The notes under the pieces were generated by a model that worked only from the letters and a program-made list of their open reading frames with translations, ran no database searches and was not told the origin of the DNA. Below are positions 24,596 through 35,400 of a stretch of 60,000 bases of DNA, in pieces; within the stretch, counting starts at the first letter, position 1, and each line of letters opens with the position of its first letter. A program made the translations under genes and the position numbers. Source of the stretch: Lytechinus pictus (Eukaryota); contig NC_087245.1 in NCBI RefSeq assembly GCF_037042905.1, positions 7,008,001 to 7,068,000 of the forward strand, in the 5' to 3' direction.

Positions 24596-25169
24596 AGGAG
24601 AATGAAACCCTTGAAACCAGCTGAATCCATATCAAAGAGAAAAATCAAAGAAACATATTGTTGAAAGTTTGAGGAAGATTGAATGAATAATAAGAAAGTT
24701 ATGAGCATTTGAATATTGAGATCACTAATGCCATGTAGATCCTCCTATTGGCAATGCGACCAAGATCTGTGATGTCACACACGTACAACTCCCTCATTAC
24801 TTTATTACTTATTTCACTTATATTCTCACTTTATCACAAGGTGAGGTGTTCATTTTATGAGAGGACAAGTACAGAGGTTTCACAACATTATATCATTGAT
24901 GAATCTTTTGTCATATGATTAGAATGAGCAAAAAGAGATGTTTTGGGGTATATTTTCAGTGTCCAAATGGGGAGAGTTGTTCATCTGTGACAACATAGAT
25001 CTTGGTCGCATTGCCAATAGGAGGATCACCATAGCATTAGTGATCTCAACATTCAAATGCTCATAACTCTTCTATTGCTAGTCCTATTTTACTAAAACTT
25101 TTGTTGATCTTATTCTTTGATTTTTCTGCTTTCACAAAAGCTAACTTGCTCCAAGAGTTTCATTCTCCT
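24596..25169. mobile_element. Kolobok/T2-type MITE (TTAA TSD)
   Basis: TTAA|aggagaatgaaac ... gtttcattctcct|TTAA, with long internal IR (attggcaatgcgaccaagatct / agatcttggtcgcattgccaat). Confidence 0.88.
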
Positions 25170-25395
25170 TTAAGTTTAGAATAAAAGAGGATCAGTCAGA
25201 TCCCCGACACATCATTTTAAGATGTTCAGTAAAATTATGATGTTTGAAGTTTACAAAAGTTGCTCATCAAGTCCCACATGATAAGCTACACACATCTATT
25301 TTATGACAAATATAAACCTTGTAACCTGACGTGGTATGTGTCCACGTGTATGAATATTACATGATGTAATATTTCTCGATGTTTCTCAAGTCCTA

Positions 25396-25694
25396 CACTG
25401 TTAGAACATTTTGCAGCAGAGTCTCGAGAACACCTGCAATTTTACTACACTGTGTAATCTTGCATGCATTTGTGTAAACTTACAGAAAATTGGCATTTGG
25501 TCTATGTAACCTTACAAATTTATATATAATAAAACTGTATTCCCCTTTTTAAAAACAAACCTGTTCTGAAAAATTGTAGAAAATCTTTCATGTTATAACA
25601 ATTTACAAAATGATTTGGTTATTTCTTTCTGGAAAATGTGAGTTTTTTTTATTTTTCTTTTGTAAAAATCTTCTGGTTTTTTTTTCTAACGGTG
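25396..25694. mobile_element. CAC..GTG MITE with TA flanks (CMC/EnSpm-like)
   Basis: ta|cactgttagaa ... ttctaacggtg|ta. Confidence 0.55.
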
Positions 25695-26666
25695 TAGATA
25701 AAATATGATATTCTATTAAACAAACATTGTACTTAATTTTGAGTTCTAGGTTGGATGTCACTTTATAACAAACGTACTTCTATTTATTGATTCATTGGTT
25801 TGTTTGCTTTTTTTCTATCTTTGAATTTACTTATGTCAAAATGGTTTGTCGATTTCTGTCATGGCTTATCGTATTCTTGAGTTTATGTTCATAATCTACA
25901 TTTTATTCATTAGATACTATTGTACAATCGGCAAGCCATATATTTAGACAATCTTTTTATTGTGCCAAACATATCTATGTGATGTGTCATGCTTTCAGTA
26001 ATCGTTTTCATCTTTGAGGCTGTGAATAAACAAAACAAAAAATGTATCAATATTTGTGATTATTTGCCGATTATGATGTGATGAGCAGAATAGAAGTTTA
26101 AAACGACTCATAACTATCATTGTCTTTCCCTATTTCTAATGTATTCATCAGTAGCGTACGCATGATTTTTGAAAGAGGGGGTTGAAGTTGAATAAAAATT
26201 TGACACGCAAAAAGAAGAAAAGGTTTTCACCGGGGGGTTAAACCCCTGTAACCCCCCACCACCACCACGTATATGGCATACATATCCCCCTTTTCTCTCT
26301 TCCTCTCCTCCTTTTTCCTTCTTCTTAATAGTCATAATAATAAATCACTATTATTATTATCATTATTATATAAAAAATAACAATGAAATTACTAATTAAT
26401 ATCTTGTTTTTGACATGCTTTTTGTTTACGGCATGGGGAGTTTTAAATGCAGAAGAACTATTTCCCTACAGAAATGGACTTAGATTATTATGTATGATTA
26501 AATAAATGAAGGATACCAGCAGTGATTATTTTCCCCAACAAATAGATAAGTAGATAAATAATAAATAACAAATATATATTCCTAATATTTCCAACTTCAG
26601 TGGTCTCTTTTCTTTGGTCTCTTTTCTCTGCAACATAACCTCAGTCTTAAAAATATTGTAAAGAAC

Positions 26667-26928
26667 CAGGGGCGGATCCAGAATTTTCCACGGGGAGAGC
26701 ATATTTTCCCGATGAAAATTTTTCTTGCAAAAAAAAAAATCACCTGAAACTGAAGGTCATTTTGTCATCAGGAAAAAGTTTGACAAGCCCACCCCCTCCA
26801 AAAAATGGTCCTCATTTTAAAGGGGGGGGGGCACACTAGGGTAAAAACGGCATATTTACATAAAAAATTATTATGGCTCTTAAAGGGGGGGGGGCACGGC
26901 CCAAATGTGCCTCCTGGATACGCCACTG
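26667..26928. mobile_element. hAT-like poly-G MITE
   Basis: caggggcggatcca ... tggatacgccactg, 8-bp flanks taaagaac / taacgaac (7 of 8 match). Confidence 0.7.
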
Positions 26929-27842
26929 TAACGAACATAACATTTTGATAAATGGAATTTGTTTCCTGCATGGTTCACACCTAGGCATCAGTCTAAAATC
27001 ATTAACATAGTCATTTATACATTTTGGATATCAGGAGAATTTGAAGGATGTGGTTAAAAGAGTATAAAGGTAAGTTGAGCAGGGTAAATCTAATTTAAAA
27101 GAAGGAGTAAAGTAAAAGCTATGTCGGTAATATGTCAGTAGGTGCCCACTTTAGTCCTCTCTCTTTCAGGAGGTGAAGAGAGGACGGATGTAGGGTTTTC
27201 CAAACACGCCAGGCACTTTTGCTAACGGCATAAAACGGGTCATTCTCGGGTATGAAAGGGGCATTTTCTTGTGTAAAAAGGGCACTTTTCAGTGCTTTAA
27301 AAAGTAGGGGGCATTGTGCCTCCCAGGATCGCCGCCCCTTCACACATAGGCCTTATGCAAATTATTTTCATAAAATCATTAGAAGAAAAATACTATTTCT
27401 TATATTGCCCCGTTTTAATTCTCACTATGTCTCTCATTCTTTCTCCCTATTTTTTCTCTCATTTCCCCGTCTCCCCCCCCCCCCCCGCAATTACGCCACT
27501 GCCTCCAGCCCAACAATCACGACAGTATTATGATGGAGGCCTATCCGGCCCGGAAGCTGATAATGTTCGAGCTGATATCCTCCCTGAGCAAATATCATGG
27601 AACCATACTCCGAAAGTCATCCACAGCCTTATATTACCTAATATTGAAAGAAAATAAAACTACCTAATAGATATCCCAATCCACACATTTTTAAATAAAT
27701 ATTTTTAAAATCTTTTCTCCCTTCATTTTCCTAACGCGCATTGAGACCCTTGAAAGGTAACTGTTCTTTTTAAGACGATTCAAATAGACCTACACTGAAA
27801 CCTGCATATATAGAGGCTATTGACAGGTCTTTTTATACGTTG

Positions 27843-28022
27843 CAGGGGCCGCGGAACGGTTTTCAAAGTGGGGGGGGGGGGGGCTGAGTCAAAAGTGGGG
27901 GGCTGACCATGCAAAAAATCACAATCCTATGGTCATTTTTACGTTTTTGTACACGGTTTTGGAAAAAAGTGGGGGGGGGGGGGGGCTGAAGCCCCCCCAT
28001 CCCCCCGGTTCCGCGGCCCCTG
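27843..28022. mobile_element. Poly-G MITE with CAG..CTG termini
   Basis: TIR caggggccgcggaac / gttccgcggcccctg. No clear TSD. Confidence 0.65.
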
Positions 28023-28098
28023 CATTGGTGTGACATTATGCGTTGCTGCGACATATACGTTAGTATGACATTATGCGTTGCTGCGACATTACATGGCC

Positions 28099-29944
28099 TG
28101 TTACAACCGATAATGTCGCAGCAACGCATAATGTCACACCAACGCATAATGTCGCAGATTGCGACATTAATATATGCCAAGAGCGTCCAACGCATGTCGC
28201 AGTCAACGCATGTCGTAGCTTTTATACTAATATAACGCATAACGTCGCAAGTCTTAACGCATAATGTCGCAGCGGTATTCGCTTCTAGACTCGAATTAAA
28301 TATAAGACATAAAATATGTTTTCACTGATTAATTTGTGCAAGCTCTGTCATCTGAACGTTTTTAAGAGCGTGTTTTGTGGGGCAGGTGCGGATGCAGGGG
28401 AGGGGGTCAGTATCGAATTCATTGTCAGGAGAAGGGGTAGACTTTGATTTTTTTTAATGTGTTGACTAGTGAAACGCAAACATAGGCATACTACCAATCA
28501 TCTGTGCATATCGCTATACATGCAATTTAACTTATTTTACAAGAGAGTAAAGTCATCTAACTGAAAATTAAATCAAAATTTAATTACATTTCATTGTTGT
28601 TAATGACATTTTAATAAAGGAATTATATTTTGTATTGTTAGTTACTCGGAATGAGCCATCAATATTTTACAAATTTGGCGTGCGATTCTCGCTCGCATAT
28701 CTTTTACTGCCAAAACTGCTCAGAATGTTCATTGCTTTGGTCTAAATGCATCAAATATCCAACAAGTTGAGCTCGCGCTTCGCGCTCTTATCTATTTAGG
28801 CAATGTGAGATAGCTTATCTTGTTTGTAAGAATAAAGCTATATAGTTAAATGTACTTAAGACTTCAGTCTTTAGTTTGGACTGCTCCCTCTATAAACCAA
28901 CAGCAAGAAATGGCTTGCGGCGGCCGATTGGGAAAACAAATGAAAACATTCTGCGCCCCACCCCCTTTTGGCGCAATCCCGCTGTATATACTGTATTAGA
29001 AACACGTATGTATCATAATAATGCGTGCTCTGCCCCTGGACTCCAGCAGGGACCCACGAGTTGGATCCATCGCCCTAGTCACTTTAAGCTCGCGCTTCAC
29101 GCTCCATTTTGTGAAACATGCAAAATAAATTTTATCCCCCCTCTTTTCCTTTGCCACCCTCCAGTTTTAAAATATTGGTTCCGCCACTGCTCGGGGGCTC
29201 TCGGTATTTAGAAGAGAAACGAAAATAGGTTGTCAATGCATGTAAAACATTGTAATGCCCGGTTATTTTTTTTTAGAATACATAGGCGCATATTTTTTTT
29301 CTGTGAGGAGGGGGTGTGAAAAACGAATCTTAAGTGATATTTGATGATTTCGTGCACATTTTATTAAATTTTGTGAAACTCTTCAGTAAGAAAGAAAGGT
29401 TTTCACCTTTTCCGGGGATGGGCATTAATTCTGCCCCCTCACGGGCGCTACTTACCCGACGTGTTCTTAATTTATCACGTGCTCCGCTCTCCCCCGGAGG
29501 AAATTGGTATAGGACCTATCGCTTATAAAACTATTGTCATTCGGTACATTCCGAGTTACAATACGGTACGAAATATAATTTCTTATAAAATGTCATGAAC
29601 AACGATAAAATATTAATTCTTTAAAAGTGACCACTTTTCATCATAATGATTTCAATAATGCCCCCCCCCCCTGCTTTCGCGCCTGTCCCATGCACCAAAC
29701 ACACTTACTAAAATGTTCAGATGACAGAGCTTGAACAAATTACTGAGTGAAAACATAAGCCTATATTATATCGATTCCTGAATAAAATACCGTTGCGACA
29801 TTATGCGTTAAGACTTGCGACGTTACGCCTTAGTAATTTAAGCTACGACATTATGCGTTGACTGTGACATTATGCCAAATTCATCCAACGCATAATGTCA
29901 AAATCAACGCATAATGCGTCGCTGCGACATTATCGGTTGTAAAA
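28099..29944. mobile_element. Element or inverted pair with ~280-bp diverged TIRs built from 'acgcataatgtcgca' subrepeats
   Basis: ttacaaccgataatgtcgcagc (28101) vs gctgcgacattatcggttgtaa (29921-29942). Inverted similarity extends to caagctctgtcatctgaac (28338) / gttcagatgacagagcttg (29715). Confidence 0.65.
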
Positions 29945-30167
29945 ACAGGGCCCACTAACAGTAACATATGAGGCGCCGAATGTACCAATATTATATAGAA
30001 CAATTATTTGTTATATAATCATTATTTATTAAATAATAACTATTATTTATATATAATTTACATTTTATTTGTAAATAACTACTATTATATAAAATATCAT
30101 TTCTAATTATTTATATATAATTCCAAGTAATACTTCATTATTTGTAAATAATAATAGTTCGACATTC

Positions 30168-30464
30168 CATTATTTATAAATAATGATTATTTGTTTTTCA
30201 TTATTTATAAATAATGATTATTTGTTTTTCATTATTTATAAATAATGATTATTTGTTTTTCATTATTTATAAATAATGATTATTTGTTTTTCATTATTTA
30301 CAAATAATGATTATTTGTTTTTCATTATTTATAAATAATGATTATTTGTTTTTCATTATTTATAAATAATGATTATTTGTTTTTCATTATTTACAAATAA
30401 TGATTATTTGTTTTTCATTATTTATAAATAATGATTATTTGTTTTTCATTATTTATAAATAATT
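30168..30464 (+). repeat. 31-bp minisatellite (cattatttataaataatgattatttgttttt), 10 cores
   Basis: Unit starts at 30168, 30199, 30230 ... 30447. Confidence 0.92.
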
Positions 30465-31014
30465 TGTTGAGTTTTCCATTATTTATAAATAATGATTATT
30501 TGTTAAATAATGAAAACGTCTACTTCATTATTTATAAATAATTTTTTGCGAGTCCACCATTATTCTCATTATTTATAAATAATCATTATTTAATGTTCGA
30601 GCTTTCCATTATTTATAAATAAAGATTATTTGTTAAATAATGAAATATCTACTTCATTATTTATAAATAATAATTTTGTTTCAATATCCCATTATTTATA
30701 AATAATCATTATTGAAAAATCACGAAAAAGGAAATCGCACCATGAATATTCATATCATGGGCGGTCCCACATTTGCATGTTATAGCGAGTTTTCCATTAT
30801 TTAATAAATAATGGCATTATTTAATAAATAATGGTTATTTGTATATAAATAATGATTATTTGTATATAATGGCAAACTGTAAAAATTGTTTATAAATAAT
30901 GATTATTTATAAATAATGGGATATTGAAACAAAATTATTATTTATAAATAATGAAGTAGATATTTCATTATTTAACAAATAATCATTATTTATAAATAAT
31001 GGAAAACTCAACAA

Positions 31015-31372
31015 ATTATTTATAAATAATGAAAAACAAATAATCATTATTTATAAATAATGAAAAACAAATAATCATTATTTGTAAATAATGAAAAACA
31101 AATAATCATTATTTATAAATAATGAAAAACAAATAATCATTATTTATAAATAATGAAAAACAAATAATCATTATTTGTAAATAATGAAAAACAAATAATC
31201 ATTATTTATAAATAATGAAAAACAAATAATCATTATTTGTAAATAATGAAAAACAAATAATCATTATTTATAAATAATGAAAAACAAATAATCATTATTT
31301 ATAAATAATGAAAAACAAATAATCATTATTTATAAATAATGAAAAACAAATAATCATTATTTATAAATAATG
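31015..31372 (-). repeat. 31-bp minisatellite, inverted copy, 12 cores
   Basis: Cores end at 31031, 31062 ... 31372. Confidence 0.92.
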
Positions 31373-32240
31373 GAATGTCGAACTATTATTATTTACAAAT
31401 AATGAAGTATTACTTGGAATTATATATAAATAATTAGAAATGATATTTTATATAATAGTAGTTATTTACAAATAAAATGTAAATTATATATAAATAATAG
31501 TTATTATTTAATAAATAATGATTATATAACAAATAATTGTTCTATATAATATTGGTACATTCGGCGCCTCATAGTAACACAGGTCTGACTGTGTAAAATG
31601 GGGAATAGCAGTTCTTTCTGCAGCTGAGCCTGAAGCCTCGTACGTTCAAGGTCAACGGACTTTGAACGGATCAATCCCGGGGAACAATGTGACTTATATG
31701 AGTGTTTCATCGCATGAGAGGACTTTGTTTTGGTTTCATCCGACCATAGTAGGTCCATGCTCCGACAAATCCCATTTTATCCGAGTTACCATATCATATT
31801 TAGTGCTTCTCAGCCAATCAAAATCAAGAAAAGTTGTCAGAGCCTGGGTCAAAGCTGACAACTTGTCGGTAAAAAAAACACACACAAAAATGGGGATGAA
31901 ACCCCGGATGAAACGCGCTCCACTTCACGCCCTGGACACACCTCCAAATTCGTCCAATCATATTCCAGGGTATTGATGGTGTGTATTGATCGCTGAACTG
32001 TTTTTATTAATTTCGCGCTAGATAGCGCTGACTGTGTCGTCTCTGTCGTGTCGCACGTCGATTGTCATGCAATGCCGTCTTTAATTTAGACGTGGACTGT
32101 TCTTTCATATGCTTAATTGGAGCGATATAGCGTTGGCAGAAACAACTGATCTGTACAGAAACGTAAAAAAAGAGGCGAGGAATCTGTGCTGTATTTTGGT
32201 TATGACAACAGATATCAACGATAACGGAAAACGTCGCAAA

Positions 32241-32413
32241 ATGACAGAAATTACTGTGTCTGTAGAAAATTTCATCGACGGAAAGTTTATGCCAGCCTCC
32301 AGGTTTCTGGATAGCTATGATCCATCAGTAGGAGAGGTTTGGGCTAGAATCCCAGCTAGTGGAAAGCATGAGGTTGATTTAGCAGTAGCGGCAGCCAAAC
32401 GTGCATTTCCAAT
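32241..32413 (+). CDS. ALDH8A1: ALDH8A1 exon 1
   Basis: MTEITVSVENFIDGKF...KRAFP, donor gtaagt at 32414. Confidence 0.9.
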
Positions 32414-35400
32414 GTAAGTAGGCCTATCTGACTTTGACATGATCGGATTGTACAGACTAGTCGGTCGGCAAGCACTCAAAAAGAAAGTTTTATCCAGGTG
32501 AATAGTGATATTCATGTCTGGATCTGGATGTACGTGATGCAGGGCCCTACTTTAGTCCTTGGCATAACCATAAACGCATCCATAGTCAGTCATATATATA
32601 GTACTCATACTTTGTCATAGACCTAGACCAAAAGCTTCGGTCTCTGTTATGTTGGTTGTTCAGCTGAACTCCGTTGGCTTCACTCACCAAATACAGAGAC
32701 CGAAGTTCTAGCGCGATCTGTACAGGGGACTCAATGGCCATATGTTTATGTACTTAAGATCGGATAAAAGTAAAACGGGGAAGTGAATTTGCGCGACAGC
32801 CGAGGTAAGTCACTGTTTTTGTTCCTTTTAACTTGATTTTTCTCCGTTTTTTGGCAATTGATGCCAAGAGGGAATATCAATTTGCATTTTGGTCGCGTGA
32901 ATTTTCAAAATTTTTACTCATTAAAGACAAAAATTGAAGAGCCCCGACGGGGGGATTTTGCATTGCAAGTCCCCTAATGGTGGCTGCACGCTAGCGAGCC
33001 GTCTGTGTATGAGGAGAAATTAAAAAAAAAATAAAATGTTAAAAAACTCCTCGAAACAGACGGCTGCCAGCTGTCTATCATAGACCTTATCGCAAATAGA
33101 TTCATGCAAAGGATCATGGGATCGTAAAGGGAGCAATAGCGCCGCTATTGTCCGGATGCGACCATGTGAACGCAAGCAGCTGATAATAAAGTGTACGATT
33201 TCCATAGTGAATCAAAATATGATCGACGCCCGCAGCCAACATTTTGCTAACTTCCAGTAATTGAGTAAACGCCCCGTCATATTTGTTCCAGAGTCTAACA
33301 TCACTTTTCTTCTTGATTATGGGTGGCAGAGATAGATTTGCTATCTATAGTTGCAAGAATTACCACAGATTTTATGCAAACAAGTGCAATTTTGTTTCAT
33401 TTTCGCGCACTGTCTGCATATTCTGAGCTGTGCAGCTGTGACTGTGCAAAGCGCGCTTGTACATGTATGCACGGACTGCAGGCACTCTCAGCCCAGGGAC
33501 AGAGTACGACGGCGAGGCATTGGAGGAAATTAAACTGGTCCCGGAATTCCCAAGAAATTAATAAAATGATGATCAATAAAACAAAACTCTGCAGTAGATT
33601 TGATTACTTATATATTTTAGTAATATCGATTGTCAAGAATACATGTTTCATAAATACCGGTAATTATCTCAATCATGATTTTATTCAGATATTAACCGAA
33701 CTGTGTTTTCTTTTTCTGTCCACAGACACATAATTATTGCATGTAATTCAGGATCATGGCCGGACATTCTGAAGTTTTATTAGTGGCCTGGTCCCAAGAT
33801 TTTATAATACTGCAAAGTCAAAATATGAATTAAATAGAAAAAAAAATGTGAGAATAGATGAAAGTATAATGAGAGAAAAATAAGTTTAAAAAAAATGAAA
33901 TGAGGAAGGTACGTGATCTGTGAGAGATGTAATTAGTAACTGAATGAGATGAAATTAATTGAAGATGCAAATTTTTAAATGATATTGGTTTTTATTTAAA
34001 CAATGGAATATATATCATTTATATGAATTAAATTAAATATCCATCAGCGGCTTAATTTTCAGACAAAAGAAAATTGCAGAGAGGTTAGACCATGTAGAAT
34101 ACTATAGGGCCTATATATATATATACATCATAAAAAATGTTTTAAATTCAGGGATTTATTTAACCTTTATTCTGCATGTCATACGCCTATTTATAGTTAG
34201 CTTATTTCAATATACTTTATATTTGGTCTCTCCGGTCGCTCGATCCTTGAGTTTCAACCCCCCCCCCTCTATTATCATAGATCTTGTAATGATCAAACCC
34301 AAGAGCCCATTTGCAAAGGACTATTTCCCCCAAAATATAAAAAAAACTAGCTAAATTTACTAGTTTCAGAGATATATAATGGTCTACATTATGATTCCCA
34401 TCCATATTCTTTAATCCCATCTTTAATGGAAAAATAGCCTCAGGCTCTTCGGATCACCGAAGTGCTCATTTCTAAAGTCGATCGGAATATGCCCGCAATC
34501 ACCATGCTCACTTTTCCCACAAAATCTTCCCAAATTTAGCCCCAGAAAACTTGAAAAATACGGTGAGCATTGAGTTCATACTTTCACTGTGCAATCATGA
34601 TACAAAGATTGTTCTATAAATCCACATTCAGGTATCCAAATAATATCAATACGAAGAAATCAGACTTATAAAAAAGCCTGGATTTTTAGTGACACTACAC
34701 AAAACATATGGCGTTGTATGGCTTCCCGAAAGCCGATTCCGCGTTTGCTCCCTTTTCATTCCCGTGGTCCTTTGCGGTGACATACGCCCTTACGCGACGA
34801 ACGCTATTTGCGATAAGATCTATCGGGTACTTAACCTGACCTGAATTTTGCTGGGACCGACAGGTGCAATACACCAGGTGAACACCCTATACTCTTTGAC
34901 GAATAGTGTACACTGTCACTGGTGTAGTGGTCAATTTTAACGTGCATAGGTTGTGACTCTCCTATACTGTACATGGGACCAACATTTGCATCCTTTCCGA
35001 TGGACAGAGTGTTTTCCAACTGCATTCACACCTAGCCTTGAGGACTCCATGATGATATTTTTAAATATTTTGACATATATACTTTTTCATCATGGAGCCT
35101 TGAACCGCCTCCCATATATGCATAAGCGAGACGTCCACACCCGGATGAATTTCCCTAGGAAATCCATATTTACAGGGTGAAATCGGTTTATAAGTGTGAA
35201 TTTTATTGACATGTGAACCTTCAAACGCCTGATGCGTTTGAAGGGATAAAAATTGTTTCACTATGAATGGCAAAATTGAGAGGTTTCTTACCAGACCGAT
35301 CTCGTGTAGATCCCTCAATCTGTTTGTCAACAAAGCAAATACAATAGGTCTGATCCTTGAACCGCTTTGTTATGACGTGCCTTCGATTAGGAATGTTACA

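Larger units (their letters stand above)
29967..31573. mobile_element. 1.6-kb palindromic non-autonomous DNA transposon, IS3EU-like (TAT..ATA termini, 6-bp TSD)
   Basis: gtaaca|tatgaggcgccgaatgtacc ... ggtacattcggcgcctcata|gtaaca. Arms are inverted over >500 bp and each carries a 31-bp tandem array. Confidence 0.88.

Noticed and set aside
30168..31372. 31-bp palindromic repeats as a CRISPR array
   Set aside because: Units are contiguous with no unique spacers, there are no cas genes, and the context is eukaryotic. It is a minisatellite inside a TIR element.
31690..31960. CCAAT boxes as the ALDH8A1 promoter
   Set aside because: The cagccaatca..atcaag motif also occurs at ~7240 in repeat-like context, so it cannot be distinguished from a MITE remnant.
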